NCBI GenBank assembly: GCA_976226885.1 | Contig: OZ320313.1 | Coordinates: 28,830,001-28,894,000 of the forward strand | Source of the DNA: Iphione sp. A-MEVVRFRX5 | Taxonomy: Eukaryota | DNA length: 64,000 bases | Direction of reading: 5' to 3' | Shown here: in pieces, positions 1 to 13,300 of the stretch | Layout of the letters: each line of letters begins with the position of its first letter | Position numbering within the stretch: the stretch's first letter is position 1 | Notes under the pieces: model-generated | Databases searched by the model: none | What the model saw: only the letters and a program-made list of their open reading frames with translations | What the model was told of the DNA's origin: nothing | Translations under genes and position numbers: made by a program

Positions 1-24
1 GGTCACATTTTTTTGGCCTCTTTT

Positions 25-1250
25 AACAATCTTTATTCACAACAATTAAGTAAAGAGGGAAGTATATAGTTATAAAATCACAAAATGTTAAATACACAAT
101 TTGAATGCATTCTAGTGCAGGCTGCCGTTTGCCACAACGATGTAATGTTAAGGAACACGTCTATAGAATATACGTATGTACTTGTATTTAAGACCGCGCC
201 GAATCGTAGTTACTCAAATTGTGTTCTGCCACTTTTGAATAACTGTACTACATTGGCCATTCTCTCCCACACCTCTGAGCAGCCCATTTGGAGGCACTTC
301 TCCATATTTACTGTTCCTGTTAAGAAACTTTACCTTAAACATGTGCAAAGAGGAATCATTTTGGTTCTTTCCCAAACTGTCCAATTTAGAGATGCGTTCC
401 GATCCCAACTCAGTCCTTTCGAAAGCGCTCCACTGTAATTTTGACAGAGTATTATGTCGATGGTGATTAGATAACTGGAGCAGCTCTATGTCATCAGGCT
501 TTTTGACGTGTAGCACGGTTTAATGACTTGAACCTTCGCTAGTGTAATTGGTGGTGTGCTGTCCTTATGCTGGCTCTAGAGCGGCCACATACCCCAAAAA
601 CACTTAATAGTGCCTCGGGAGATGCTTATCGTTTTAAATATGCATGTTCTCATTTACAGTCAGGTCTCAATCACATTTTCAGCACTATACCCTTGAGACT
701 TGGTATGATAGGAAACAGGGGTAGACAATCACATCATCAACGAAAGATTACATTATTCATTAATTGCTAATGATGCTAATGATATGTTCCACGAAAAAAA
801 TGGGAAAACACCGTTACCACTACCATTTTCTGGACAATCGTGCCTTGCTGATCTTCAGTGTAAGGAAGGGCATAGGAGGATAATTTATCACTGCTACTAC
901 CTGGACAACTATATACGTGGCTGGTACTCAATATATTGGTAAGGTCTCGCGGGAATGTGGACTTCGTCATTGCTGTATGTTCCACTCTGCCTGTGTAACC
1001 ACTTTCCAAACTCCCCCAAAGCCACGCAATGCTTTTAGTTTACCGTCAATCAGCTGTCGTTGTCTCATCAAACTGTCCAGCTTCTGTGAAAATTAATAGA
1101 AAATTTATTTGACTGAACAATATTTTGATAAGAAGAGTCCTTCTAAATGCAATCCAAGAAAATTTGCTTTCGAATATAAAACAAACTACGCTATAGTATG
1201 ACCTTTTACACTCCAATACCGAGGCAGAAATATAGGAAATGGCCAGCATC
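25..1250 (-). mobile_element. Decayed 3' part of a CR1/L2-type (Jockey-group) LINE
   Basis: Broken minus-strand frames give post-RT thumb motifs: SKANFLGLHL (~1140-1170, cf. KFLGxxxD) and HRHNT...RTELG...DSL...SSLHMFKVKFL (~320-445, cf. the ORF2 C-terminus). A minus-strand AATAAA lies near position 30. Many stops and frameshifts. Confidence 0.5.
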
Positions 1251-4200
1251 TTCAGTCCATTCCATGGAGGAACCGAGGGAGTTTGATACGTTCAACAATC
1301 TGTGGCTGTAATATATACAGTGGAAACCCTATTTATGGCCACATCTATTTGCGGCCATTCACTATTTGCAACCATTTGAGATGGGTACCAAAATGCTGAT
1401 TTCTATACATTTGATGCTATATCTACGACCAAATATGCCAATAAGACCATTTGAACCTGATCCCAAGTGGAGATCGTAAACAGAGTTTCCACTGTATTTA
1501 CATGCAGCTCCTGATCGTGGAAAAGATTTCAGTGGAAAATGGATTTCTTTACGGAAGAAGCTAACTACATTACGTTCTGTGAGAATGTTAAGGAGGTGAA
1601 TACATTTAATACGAGAATATACTGAAGGACTACGTTCGACTGAAATAAATGTTAATGTGTTGAAAGCATTTGAACACAATAATGAGTGACAAGAAAAGGT
1701 TTGTCGACAGTCCGCGACTAAATAGGAGAGTTGTATTTTAAATAGCAGACATTCTGTTTATACCTACTGAGAAGGGTAAGTAAAATGTGCACGGCCAGAT
1801 GGGTGTGATATAAAAGGGATGGGCCCACGGTGACTTATATTGAGAAAATTGCACTGTTCAGTTTCAATGAATGTCCTGCCTAGGACGGGAAAGCCCCACA
1901 GCACCTCATGTACATTGAAGATAATATGCAATATGTACACTTATGTTTCGCCAGAGGGGAATGGTTCTTTACAATAGATTTATGTAGATTGTATATTAGT
2001 GTCCACACGTTGACCGATTATAGCTTACTTTTCATGTAAGCATCTTTCTGGACTATGTTTTAGGCCTGTGTTTTGTGTTAGTCGATATTATCAACTGTTT
2101 CAGATTTAGAGTTTTCAATTGTGGACGAAGCACATTTTTGGCAAAGGAATATATGAAAGAGGAGTACAGACATCACAGTAATGTATAAACTAAGGATATA
2201 ATCATATAAATTACACAAAATCTGCCTCTTTTCAGCTAAATTTATATATAAATGGCAAAAATTACATCAAATCTACTCCTTATTAGCCAAATTTATGCAC
2301 AAATGGCACGATATGTGCCACAATTCGGTAAAATTGATTAATCTATTAACAAATCCGATATATACACCACACCTTATAAAAATATTTAGTCAAGAATGCC
2401 CATACACATTGGTATACATCTGTCCATGTTTCCCCCTTATCTCTGTATAAACATCTCCAAGGACTGGCATAGAAATCGCACGCACGTGCACATGAAATTT
2501 TGCCACAGAACATGCATTGTAATTAGGTCAGCAAACACACACAGCAACATGCAACGAAAAGTCGGCTTCATGACCAATCTCGATGGTCGTTAAGTAATGA
2601 AAACGTTTTAATGGCTGAAACTGGATGAATCTTTGCTGTAATTACGAGTTCGCAAGTAATGCAAATTCTCTTGGACAACTGCAAAAATTCACGATTTCTT
2701 CTCCAGTGCAACGACGAGTGATTGAAATCAACGGTTCTTCTGCTTGCTGGAGAGGACATTTAGTCCATGAAAGGGTCTTAAAATTCAAGGAATCGAAGGC
2801 ATCTCAACGACGGTTACGGTTATGCCGGCTCGGTCTCTGAGTACACCTGGTTGTATTGATATTGTTTACTTTAGTGTGTAACTTGCGAATGATAGAGGTA
2901 TAAACTGCAATACCCAAAGACGGACCGGATCGGAGATTTTCGTTCAGAACCCGACCACGTCCGAATTTCCTTTGTTTCTTTCATCTGTAAGTTCCTGAGG
3001 GGTATAAATGAAGAAAACATTTAGTGGTATATGACGAATTATTAATAGAAACCTGTGGTTTAGGCCACAACTCTGGCCGTCGCCGGTAATAAAGCCCAGC
3101 TTTCGCAAATGCTGGTCGTAAGAGCCAAAACGTCACTCAGACCTGAGAACCACAAACCTGTCACGAAGAACAACAGCCTACTATAGGCACACTTAAAACT
3201 AACCTAGTGACCATTGGTCAACTTAGTATAGTGTGGGTCAACGTCTTCTGTCTAGGTCATAATAATTTTTATCCAAGTTTTTAACATATCCCTTGCCATA
3301 GGTTGTTTAGTCCTAGTCATCTATATGTATTGTATACCATTTTTTGTTGTTTATCAATGTGACAATGTCCGTTGTCTGAATAAAGGTTTTATCTTATTTG
3401 TCTTATTTGTGGTGTCATACCTGGGTAAATAAGAAACCATGTGGATAAAATAATTCCTAGTCAGTTTACCCAAATCGTCAGCATAAAAAATCTTAAATTC
3501 GATCTCTGCCTTATAGGTAATGCGAGGTAAGGGCAGAAATGAAATTAAGTCCAGTTATATGCATTTTTATGTGTGTTAACATTTATCTTTGTGAAACATT
3601 TATGGCATGGCAATGTTTTCTCCTGCCAGATGCATGCATTTAGATAAGCGCTCGGGGTTGTCTTTTTAGAGGTACGGTGACTGCAGAAAAATGTAAAGCT
3701 AGACCCTATGACCTTCAAGGGCTGTAAAGATAATTGCACTTTATTCATCTGAAAAATAAGGTATTGTAATAGCCTCGTATGTATCAGTAACATAAAAATA
3801 CAACGGGTCGCAGAAGCTGCAGCTGCAACAAAAGTAAGAGGGTTGCAACAGGAGGCTCAACTAAAGTGACGTCAAGCGTGGGATATTACCTGTGGTAACC
3901 TGATCGGGAATGACGCTCTGACAGGAAAAGCCCACATCGGCCACATCTACTTTACTTTTTTTTACTGGGCCACCTTCTCGTGTTGTATGTGTTTATCCTT
4001 TACCTTGAAATTCATTTGCTGCGGGAAAAGTACCGTCTTGCTGATTGATGGTAAACTGATAGCCATCCGGGGGTTGTCAGCAGGAAAAGGTTTGAACGAG
4101 ACCTCCCGTACTGTTATTGTGTGTAATCTTATGCAAGCATGGCGTCTAATCATTCAACACATTCGTCATCCGTGTTTGATTCTTTCAACCAACTTGACAT

Positions 4201-4265
4201 ATTTCTAATCAATAGGGTACTCGATCATCTAGATCAATAGCATGCACGAAAGTAGTGTTGGTATA

Positions 4266-4455
4266 CAGCAGACACCTGCCCTGCGACCATCCGCCAGGGG
4301 CGACCACCTGCCCAGGACAACCACTTTCGGCGCGAATGGAATAATTTCCTGTATATATTTACTATATGTCTCTCACCGCCGGGGCAACCACTCTCCCTGG
4401 GCAACCATTTGCCTATAGAGATCACTATTTGAAAAACGAATGTGGCATGTTTCAC
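4266..4455 (+). mobile_element. 5'-type terminus of a Tc1/mariner-pogo family element
   Basis: TA followed by CAGCAGACACCTGCCCTGCGACCA, with repeated GGCGACCA/GGCAACCA motifs. Aligns by eye with the reverse complement of 10715-10867 and with the left end of the MITE at 42520. Confidence 0.55.
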
Positions 4456-4464
4456 TGCCTCGGG

Positions 4465-5090
4465 CAACCAAGTCGTGTCCGACACCCTGGAGAAAGCGTG
4501 ACCACCCACTCATTTGAAGGATGTATATGGGCAGGAGAGGCGTGACATCACCATTGACACTGGAGGAGGCACAACCACCCACTCCTTTGAAGGGTATACA
4601 TGGACAGGAGAGGGACCACATCACCCTTGACACCTGGAGGAGGCACGACCACTCTTATATTCGAAGGATATCCACAGGTGGGAGAGGTGAGACCTCACCC
4701 TTGACACCTACAGGAGACATGGCAACCCTCGTCTTGGAAGGATAGCCATGGTAGGAGAGGTGAGACCTCACCCTTGACACCTACTGGAGACATGGCAACC
4801 CTCATCTTAGAGGGTTATCCACAGGTGGTAGAGGTGAGACCTCACCCTTGACACCTACAGGAGGCATGGCCAACCTCATCTTGGAAGGTTATCCACAGGT
4901 GGTAGAGGTGAGACCTCGCCCTGGTCACTTACTAGAGACATGGCCAACCTCATCTTGGTAGGGTATCCACAGGCAGGAGAGGCAAGATCTTGCCCTTGAC
5001 ACCTTCAGAGGACATGGCCACCCTCTTCTTAGAAGGGTAGCCAGATGTAGGAGAGGCGAGACCTTTCCCTCTACACCCTGGAGGAGGCAC
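4465..5090. repeat. 74-bp minisatellite, about 8 copies (5 well conserved)
   Basis: The GAGG(T/C) anchor recurs at 4537, 4610, 4684, 4757, 4831, 4905, 4979 and 5053 (73-74 bp spacing). Unit GAGGTGAGACCTCACCCTTGACACCTACAGGAG...ATCCACAGGTGGTA. Confidence 0.9.
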
Positions 5091-5988
5091 AAGGTGAGCA
5101 GAAAGTGTCAAGCAGCGGCTGCCCAGGAGGATACAAAAGCCCCTGCAGCACACCACTGGAATGATTCATCCCACCTTCTTCTCCTGGTCGCCACTCTTCC
5201 TGCCCTTATCATGGTCACCATGCTCCTGCCATTCTCATGGTTGCCGTAGTCCTGCTGCTCTCGCCATCTTCCTGACATCCTGCAGGTCGTCAACCTAGCA
5301 TGATGCTGGTTTAGATATTGATAGAGACAGATTCATAAGTTGGGGATAGCAAGATCACTAGATTTATTATATAACAACCTCTTTCATTGATTATCATTCT
5401 TGATTTCTTTTCATGCATTGCCACTTCTGGACCTATATACTGCGATGCATATATTCAATCCTGAATAAACATTGTTTACACTATATATATAAAACATTGC
5501 CTAAAAGTAGGTCTGGCCATCAGACTGTTATCTCATATTGATATGATTATATAAAACACATTATTCTGTATACTGCTTGATCCATAAAGATGTTTTAAGG
5601 TAAAAGGGGAATGATTATTACGAAAAACCATTTGACATATGTAGCCCTAATTTCTTCACACTGAGTAGGAATACCATTTCAGAATTCTGGAGCATACGTT
5701 TTCAAATCAACCTATTGAATCCTGATATTTGCAATGTAATACGTTTTCCTTCACCACAGAAACGCTCTTCAGAATACATACATATGGTTTATATATTCTT
5801 AAAGCCTATTAAACTCTCTTTCCTTGGTACCAAATATGTGTAAATCAGTCCAGTAGGTTTCTTACAATATTCACTCTTCACTAGAACTCACTAATAACAC
5901 ACTGACTTCAAGTTAGTGTCAAAATGACCAGACAGATGAGACCTTCATGGGTACTCATGTGGAACTGCTGAAAACCAAGGTGTGAAGT

Positions 5989-6140
5989 AGAGAGAGACAG
6001 AGACAGAAAGTGAGGGAGAGAGAGAGAAAGGGGGTAGAGAGAGGGAGAGAGGAGGAGAAAAAAGAGAGAGGGACGGATGGAAAGGGAGAGAGAAGAGGGA
6101 GGGAGGGGAGAGAGAGAGGAGGGGAGGGAGGAAGGGGGCC
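5989..6140. repeat. GA-rich low-complexity/microsatellite tract
   Basis: Almost purely purine (GAGA/GGA) on the + strand. Explains the spurious R/E/G and S/L/P ORFs. Confidence 0.9.
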
Positions 6141-6301
6141 GGGGTTGACGCACTTGGCCCTAAATGGCATCTACAGTCACCTCTGGCGACCACCTGGGGT
6201 ACTGAGCAAAAGTGGTCAGCCCAGCCAACTGGTTACCTGGGGCTTTGGTTTACCCCTCCTACCTATATTTCTTCACACAGTTAGGGAGTCTAACCTGGAA
6301 A

Positions 6302-6700
6302 TTTGAATTTTGAATTTGAATACTTTTATTTTTGAAGGTGATTTAATACAAATATGTACAGTCGTCAGATTTTGGTGCAGAGTGAGAGATGATATATGAT
6401 ATACAGGACTCCATCAGCTTTGATTTTAGATGCTACTCAGTTGGATATTAATAATTACCATAGAGAGATTTAGCAGCAAAAAATGTTCTTGCTAGCAACC
6501 AGTGCAGCCTAGCCTTCTCTCCATATTGAAGGATGGGCAAGATTTTAGCGAGGGCCAAACATTGTATGTGAGCCACAGGCCAACCTCCACTGAGATACGT
6601 GCCTTTTGCAGGCACACATGTAACATTGCTAAGCCCTAAAATAGCAAAAGCATTGCTACCATTGCTACCAGACCTCAACCAAGATCTGTTAGTTTATGAT
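6302..6700 (-). mobile_element. CR1/L2-type LINE 3' fragment
   Basis: On the minus strand AATAAAA is followed by an (ATTCAA)-like tail (6302-6330). Minus ORF 6448-6678 contains ILPILQYG, resembling the post-RT LILPxLxYG motif. Confidence 0.4.
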
Positions 6701-7130
6701 ACATATCGGATTTGCATACTAGTTTTCATACCAGTGGTCAACAGTTAGGCAGTTAAACAGTTAGGACCTCAACCAAGATCCAGTCTGAAGCTATGTGCCA
6801 ACCTCGTGCCAACAAATAGATTTGGTCGTCAAATTTTTGTGCGGCATGTAAAATGATAATAATTTAATGCAATGTAATATTAAGCTTGGTACTATAGTTA
6901 GAGAGATTATGCGGTTTTTATAGGGCTATATCACTTCATAATTGAACATAATAACTATTTCACATACAGTTGAACATTATGAGTGATGTACTAACCTACA
7001 TCTACAGCAGTAGCTTTTTGGAAAGTTAATGACTAATATGAACACAAGCGTAACATATTCAAAGGAATTTATTGAAAAAAAATGTTTCAAAGCATGTACA
7101 TGTATCATAATGAGTTAAATAAGGATACAT

Positions 7131-9339
7131 TTGTACATATATTGTGCTTGTGCTGGATGTCTGGGACGGGATCCTGCCTGGGACGGGATCCTGTTGGATT
7201 ATGTTGATGACAACATTGAAATCCAAGTCATTGAGATTGCCCCAGGAAAAATGAAAAATTCCATCATTATCGATATTTATCAACCACCAACAGGTTCAGT
7301 CCCTGCCTTCATGAGTCACCTTCATAATGTTCTGAGTAGTATCAACACTCATAGGGACATTTACCTCATAGGTGACACCAACATAAATCTAGCTACCAAA
7401 AATTCCCCTAACTCTAAAAAATTACTTCAACTTCTCAGTTCCTACTCGCTAATAGATTGTATAACCTATCCCACCAGAGTGACAAGCAAATCATGTACCT
7501 CATTTGATTTAATTGCAACCAACTGTCAGCATATCCTTCACTCTGGTTCTTATGAGAGTTATCTATCTGATCACCTCATGACTTATGTCCATAAGAAATT
7601 ACTTAGAAAGTACTCTAAAAATACCATAAATGACCTTTCTCCCATTAGGGATGTAAGAGTTCCCATCTGTAATCGATCTCCTTGGATGACCAAAAAACTT
7701 CGAAGAGATATCAGATTAAAAGACTACTACCTTCGCAAAGCAAGAGAAAGAAACGATGAGGATGCAAAGAGAATAGGTAAACACTTGAAGCAGCAAGTAA
7801 GAAGTTATGTCAGAATCCACAAGGAGTTTTATTACAAAAAGAAGCTCAACGAGGTGAGACAGAATAGCTCCAATTATTGGTCAGTTGTAAAACAGATAAT
7901 CGGTGACACGAAATCAAATGCCAAATATATAAATCTCAAAATAGATGGCTCTGATGTTGATCAATCATTTGTCCCTCAAATGTTCAATGATCATTTCAGC
8001 AGTATTGCTAGTTCTATTGCTGAAAACTGCCTCCATCCAGAGTGGATCAATCCACCGTCATTTACAATCATAGTGGTGCAGGTTCTGTTGTCGACACAGT
8101 TAATCCTAACATCCTGTTAAGCAAGTTTAAACATCTCTTCAATTTTGATGATCATGCCATGTCTTGGATGGCAAGCTACCTGAAAGACAGGAAGCAACTT
8201 TCTGCTGTTAATGGACGGTCATCCTCATGTAGTACTATCAACACAGGAGTACCACAAGGATCTACCCTTTGTCCTCTATTCTTTTCCATGTACATTAATG
8301 ACCTCTCAACCAGTAGAGGCTTGGACACAACACAGAAGTACAAACCTAAATGGAGTCACAGAAAGTACTGAAAGAATGCTTCAAGTGCTGATGGACTGGT
8401 GCATAACTAACAGGCTTACTACGAATACTAGTAAATCAAAGATACTACCCTACCATCCATTAGACTGTGTTGATCTCCTGGTAATCAAAATTAATGACAG
8501 TGTATTTGAGTATGTCGAGCATCATACCTTCTTTGGTGTGATCTTTGAACAAGGTATGAAATTAGATCTAGAAGTTAAAAAAATAACCAAGTCTGTTTCC
8601 CAAAAACTTAGTATGCTGTGCAAACTGAGACATTACTTCAACTATCAAGACCTGATCATGCTATACAAGGCATTAATAATGCCACAAGTTGATTACTCAA
8701 CGACTCTGATGAACTGCTCTAACAAGCATGATCAGGTCCAAATTCAATGTCTACAAGATCTGCTCTATCAATTGCTTACACCAGAACTAGAAAATATTCA
8801 AAAGATAAGAAAATGCTAAGTAGCAATGACCTTCATATCCTTTTTGGCCTTCCAACTGTCGGTCAAAGATGTCATTGGTTTTCTCTAAACACCTTTCATT
8901 ATCTTTACCTGCTAGATTTTCTTCCAAAGAAACCATCTCACCAGACAAGGCAACATGATGCTGATGTCTTGTTTATTCCAAACCAAGAAATGAACTAGTG
9001 AAGAAATCAGTGCATTATCATAGTATTAAAGCTTGGAATGATCTTGATGCAATCCTTAGATGTGCTAGGTCCATAGAACAATTCAAGATGCTCTCTCATT
9101 CTACTAGGCCAACTGTATAAACTATAAAGTACTACACGTACATCAGACATAGTTCAACTAGTAAACTCATGTAATAGATCTGAATGCCTTATCCATCATG
9201 TGTATAATTCTCCGCACATACTATGTTGTACATACGTTACACTTGTTTCTATGTACACTCATCTGTACTCTGAACATCATCTCATGGAGGTGACAGGTTG
9301 GATGAAATGAAATTGTTTCTAATCTAATCTAATCTAATC
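7131..9339 (+). mobile_element. 5'-truncated, internally deleted CR1/L2-type LINE (APE endonuclease plus partial RT)
   Basis: APE motifs IYQPP, IGDTN, YPTRVT, FDLI and SDH in ORF 7131-8120. RT motifs DTVN..LLSK, W..SYL..R.Q and GVPQGSTLCPLFF.MYIND in 8042-8371. Thumb/C-terminal motifs in 8211-9060. (CTAAT)n tail at 9319-9339. Confidence 0.92.
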
Positions 9340-9349
9340 CTCATGTTCA

Positions 9350-10300
9350 TCCTTATCACCATCCATTGAGTCTTCATCTTCCACTTGGATCCCAGGTTTC
9401 TCTTTTGACTCCTTAATGATGTGGTTCTCCCATCCCATGTCTGCGCATAGTCCTCCCTAGTTGGAGCTGTCCCTGGGAGGTTCAGTCCATCATGTGCCCT
9501 CCTGAGCAGCTCTGCCAGGGAGTGATACTCATCATCTTTCTCTTCAGACTGGGACAGGCTAAGGCCAGCATCTCCTGGCTTAGGGGCAACCCTAACCTAC
9601 CTGAAGCACTTGAAGACTTTGTTCATTTGCACAACCTGCACAGCTCCCTTGATCCAATTGATGGCCATGTGGACATCCACACTCTTGATGATGTCATGGG
9701 GCTCTGCTCTAGTGTCCACCTTGGCCAGCACATGCCTGAGAAGGGCATTATGATAGTTGCTCTTGATGCACCAGATGATGCCCTGGTCAAGGGGCAGGGA
9801 AGTGGTGTTGGCAGGTAGGAACACCAACTTCACATTGGACACCCTGAGATGATGGGGCTGGGAAGGGGCATTATCCAGGATGAATGCCACCTTCCTGCCC
9901 TGGGCCTTCATCTTCCTGTTGAAGGCCTGGAGCCACTCCTCAAAGATTGAAGTGATAATCCAGGCCTTTTTGTAGGATCTTCAGATGACAGGGAGATCAT
10001 TTAGTTCCAGGTTCCTGAAGGCCCTGAGCCTTGCTACTTTCCCAATGACCAGGGGCTTCTCAGAGTGTCCTGCCATGAAGACACAGTGGGCAAGAGTCAG
10101 CCTCTCCTTATTCATCTTGCCTTCAGCTGTGTCACTGACTTCCACAGCCAAGGTCTTATCTGGGAGGACCCTTAAGAAGACACCTGTCTTGTCCATATTG
10201 AAGATATCTTCTTCCTTCTATCCCTCAAGGACAGTGGGCAGTCTCTTCTACCACTGCTCCATTGCCCCCTCAGGGACACTGGCCCTCTCTCCAAATACCC
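9350..10300 (-). pseudogene. Tigger/pogo DDE_1 transposase pseudogene
   Basis: Minus frames give MDKTG...LPDKTL...KERLT...KPLVIGK...LPV (9981-10196) and RKVAFILDNAPS...NVKLVFLPANTTS-PLDQGII..IK..Y (9597-9911), typical of CENP-B/Tigger DDE domains. Stops and frameshifts are present. Confidence 0.92.
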
Positions 10301-13300
10301 TGACTCCAGAGATACAGTGCCTCTTCTTAAATATTAAGACAGCTCGAAGATTGGTCGCACCTGCTGCAGGTGGAGACAGGGAGCTGCTGCCTCTGAGGTG
10401 AGGAGACCCTCCTCTAGAGATGGGGAGCCAGGCTTTTCTGCTACCAAAGGACCTGGTGTCGTGCCTCTCGGACTTGTAGATGGTGAATCCCCACCTCTCT
10501 CAGGCATTGAGACTGATCAAAGGGCAGAGTGGTCGTGCCTCTTTCGTGCAAGGAGACTCTCCTCCAGGGCTGGGGAACCAGGCTTGAGGCTCTCCTGTCA
10601 TCAAAGGACCTGGTGTCGAGCCTCTCTGAGGTGTGGAGCACGGAGACTGATCAAAGAACCACGTTATTGCCACTGGCAGGGGGAAATTCACCTTTCATAT
10701 TGATAATTTTGGTCTCTGTAGCTGATTGGTCAGCCTGGGTGAATGGTTGCCTCAGGCAGAGATGATCATATAGTAAATTTTCTAATTTTCTTTTGACTTC
10801 TGAACAAAAGCAGTCTCCCTGGGCAAATGGTGTCCCCAGGCGACTGGCCCAGGGCGTGAAGTGACTGCACAGTAAGAAAATGGTACACTGGATCTTCCAA
10901 AGCCCCAAATACCCACCTCTACTTGTCTGATCTTGACACAACAAAGTTCATCTGAAAGGTTGAGATCTAAAGAACAAAATAAGCCATTGCATGTCTCTCT
11001 AGGACCATGAGAATTCTACGGCAATGCAATGTTTTCTTTTGCTCAACCACTAATGCACCCCCTTTTTCCAAATTCGTAGCCATGCTAAGTCAGGAATATA
11101 GACCCCTTTTTGTGAACAAAGATGCGTATCACCCAATGAAGTGCGGGGACCGGGTGTCTACTGCATGTTGCATTTAATAGTCCTACGGGGTACTGTAGAT
11201 TGCACCTAAGGACCTATGCCTGTAATTAATGTTTGGTATTCTATATCCTTAATCGTATTATATAATATCCTTTCCTATGCACTATAATGAAATTGAGGAA
11301 TGTAAATTTCTTTTAGTTATTCACTTCAGGGCAAAGTAATTTGTTCTTACCGCTGAATTCGGACCCCCATAATTCTCGTAGATAACATCTGATGGCGCCA
11401 CTGTAATCAATCCTAGTGACTGCCGTCGGTTTTTACGTTGAAGCTTGTAATGTTGTAGAGAACGAAATGGTTGATTTAAATGCTGCAAGATATCATAGAT
11501 ATGATAGGCGCTAACAAAATGAATTGATATGTCATTTGGGTAAGATTTCCATGTGCTTGTCAAGTATTACAGATCATACAAACAATAGTTAACAACCAGA
11601 AGTTTTCTTGATCGTTCCCTAGGCAAGTATAGTGTGCTCAGTAAGTGCACAAACCACATGATGTGCTACTAGAGTACACCTTGAGGAAATGGCCTTTTTT
11701 CTAGATAATTATTGCATAAATAGAGGAAGATGAATGGATATACTACAATGATATATGCATTGGTAGATTATGTCACGATAATGCCAATCGAGATAGAGTT
11801 GTCACACTCTGATTATTGTAATGGCAGTGGTAATTATCTTCACAGACCTGGCTGTCGCGAGGACGCTCTCGAAAAAATGTCTTGGCATTAGTATAATTTG
11901 TTACTTGACATTATCTCTCATGCAAATGAATGATATTATAATTACAGAATTTATTCCCTGATTAAATCAATTTTCATGTCTAAATACTAATTCATGGATA
12001 GGGTATGGAGCAAAACGTGGGAATGCGACATGGCACCAATTGATTGCTCATGAAAAAGAACCCATTAAACTGTAAAGACTTATTAAAAGACAGATTTTAC
12101 AAATATTATACATATTCAATAAAACACAGGAATGATGCCTTTCAATTTCATAATCTAAACGCAATGTAGTTCATTTTTGTTTGACCTTTTTTTTAAAAAA
12201 AATTGGACCAGTTCAAGTATAGGGGCGATTGTTTTATCATCATGTGAGGTTTCTTGGGGCAGTACTACCAATTAGAGCCGTAATTCGCTTCTGCTTTAAG
12301 GTCGGATCGTGTACAATTCTCACGCATCCGCATCTCCGCCGTAGATAACTGTATAAATTATCATACCACCTACGAGTAGCATTATTATTGGCATCAATAC
12401 CGGTCTGAGCGCCCAAGAACAGTACACTGATACGAAACTGCATTTGCAATCCTCAAATCACAAGGGCCTTATCAAGACTGAGCGCGAACTAGTGGTGTTG
12501 TAGATATCTTGACGGCAGCCTGATATCAGCATGCGCACTTTAGTCCTATTGAACTTCAGTTATGACGATATGAGCCTATGATAACAATGTGCGAGTGATC
12601 AACTTAGTTATCAAATAAGCCTACGTAGTTCTACCGTAAACGAACATATTTAGCCAGGTATTACTAGCGCACCAGGATCTTTTAGTTAATCTATGTATAT
12701 ATGTATTTTCGATATTACACGTTTCAATATGCGAGGTCAAATACTTGAAGTCGTTAAAATGTCAAATACACTGGATACACTCTTGAATTTTGCAGCAGAA
12801 TTTCAATCTATACCATGACGATAAGCTTTCGATGAGTGAGGGATATTCGATTTTGTCTATGTCATTCATCGTATTAAACATATATGTCTCACTACAGTGG
12901 TTTGTCGTTTACCCCCAAACTTTCAGTTCACTAAATCTACTTAGTTTATCGTTCAAATATTAAGAACGTCGTGGAGTAAGATGAGGTCAGAGAGCCGCAA
13001 AGTAGCAACATATGGATATGAAGTAAAATTCGAAAAAATACTCCATAATTCATTTCATTACGTTACGGACATAATTAGTCAGAGATCAAATCTCTAACGA
13101 AGTGATAAATTAAGCCAGTTTCTTTCTTATCTGGGAGGATCATGTCGTTACTTATTTAGTTGTTTGAAATTTCGTTGCTATATAACTTAATTCGTGTATG
13201 TAATTCTATAGGGAGCTCTATAATACATGTATATGAAACTGTAACTGCGTCACATGGAAGTCAAAGTGAAGCTATTACAACTATATGCAATGTGTAAATA

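Larger units (their letters stand above)
6174..10867 (-). mobile_element. Tigger/pogo-like DNA transposon, interrupted by LINE insertions
   Basis: Left end TA|CAGTCACC...GGCGACCACCTGGGGTACTGAGCAAAAGTGGTC matches the reverse complement of the MITE right end (43390-43472). Right end ...GTGACTG at 10867 matches the 5'-type termini. DDE_1 transposase remnants lie between them on the minus strand. Confidence 0.7.

Noticed and set aside
5908-6306. Overlapping R/E/G and S/L/P ORFs
   Set aside because: GA microsatellite artefacts.
12016-12324. CSL/Su(H) sites (CGTGGGAA at 12016, TTCTCACG at 12317, others scattered) suggesting Notch feedback
   Set aside because: About a dozen YGTGRGAA matches were seen against roughly 8 expected by chance in 64 kb, and no paired head-to-head SPS arrangement was found.
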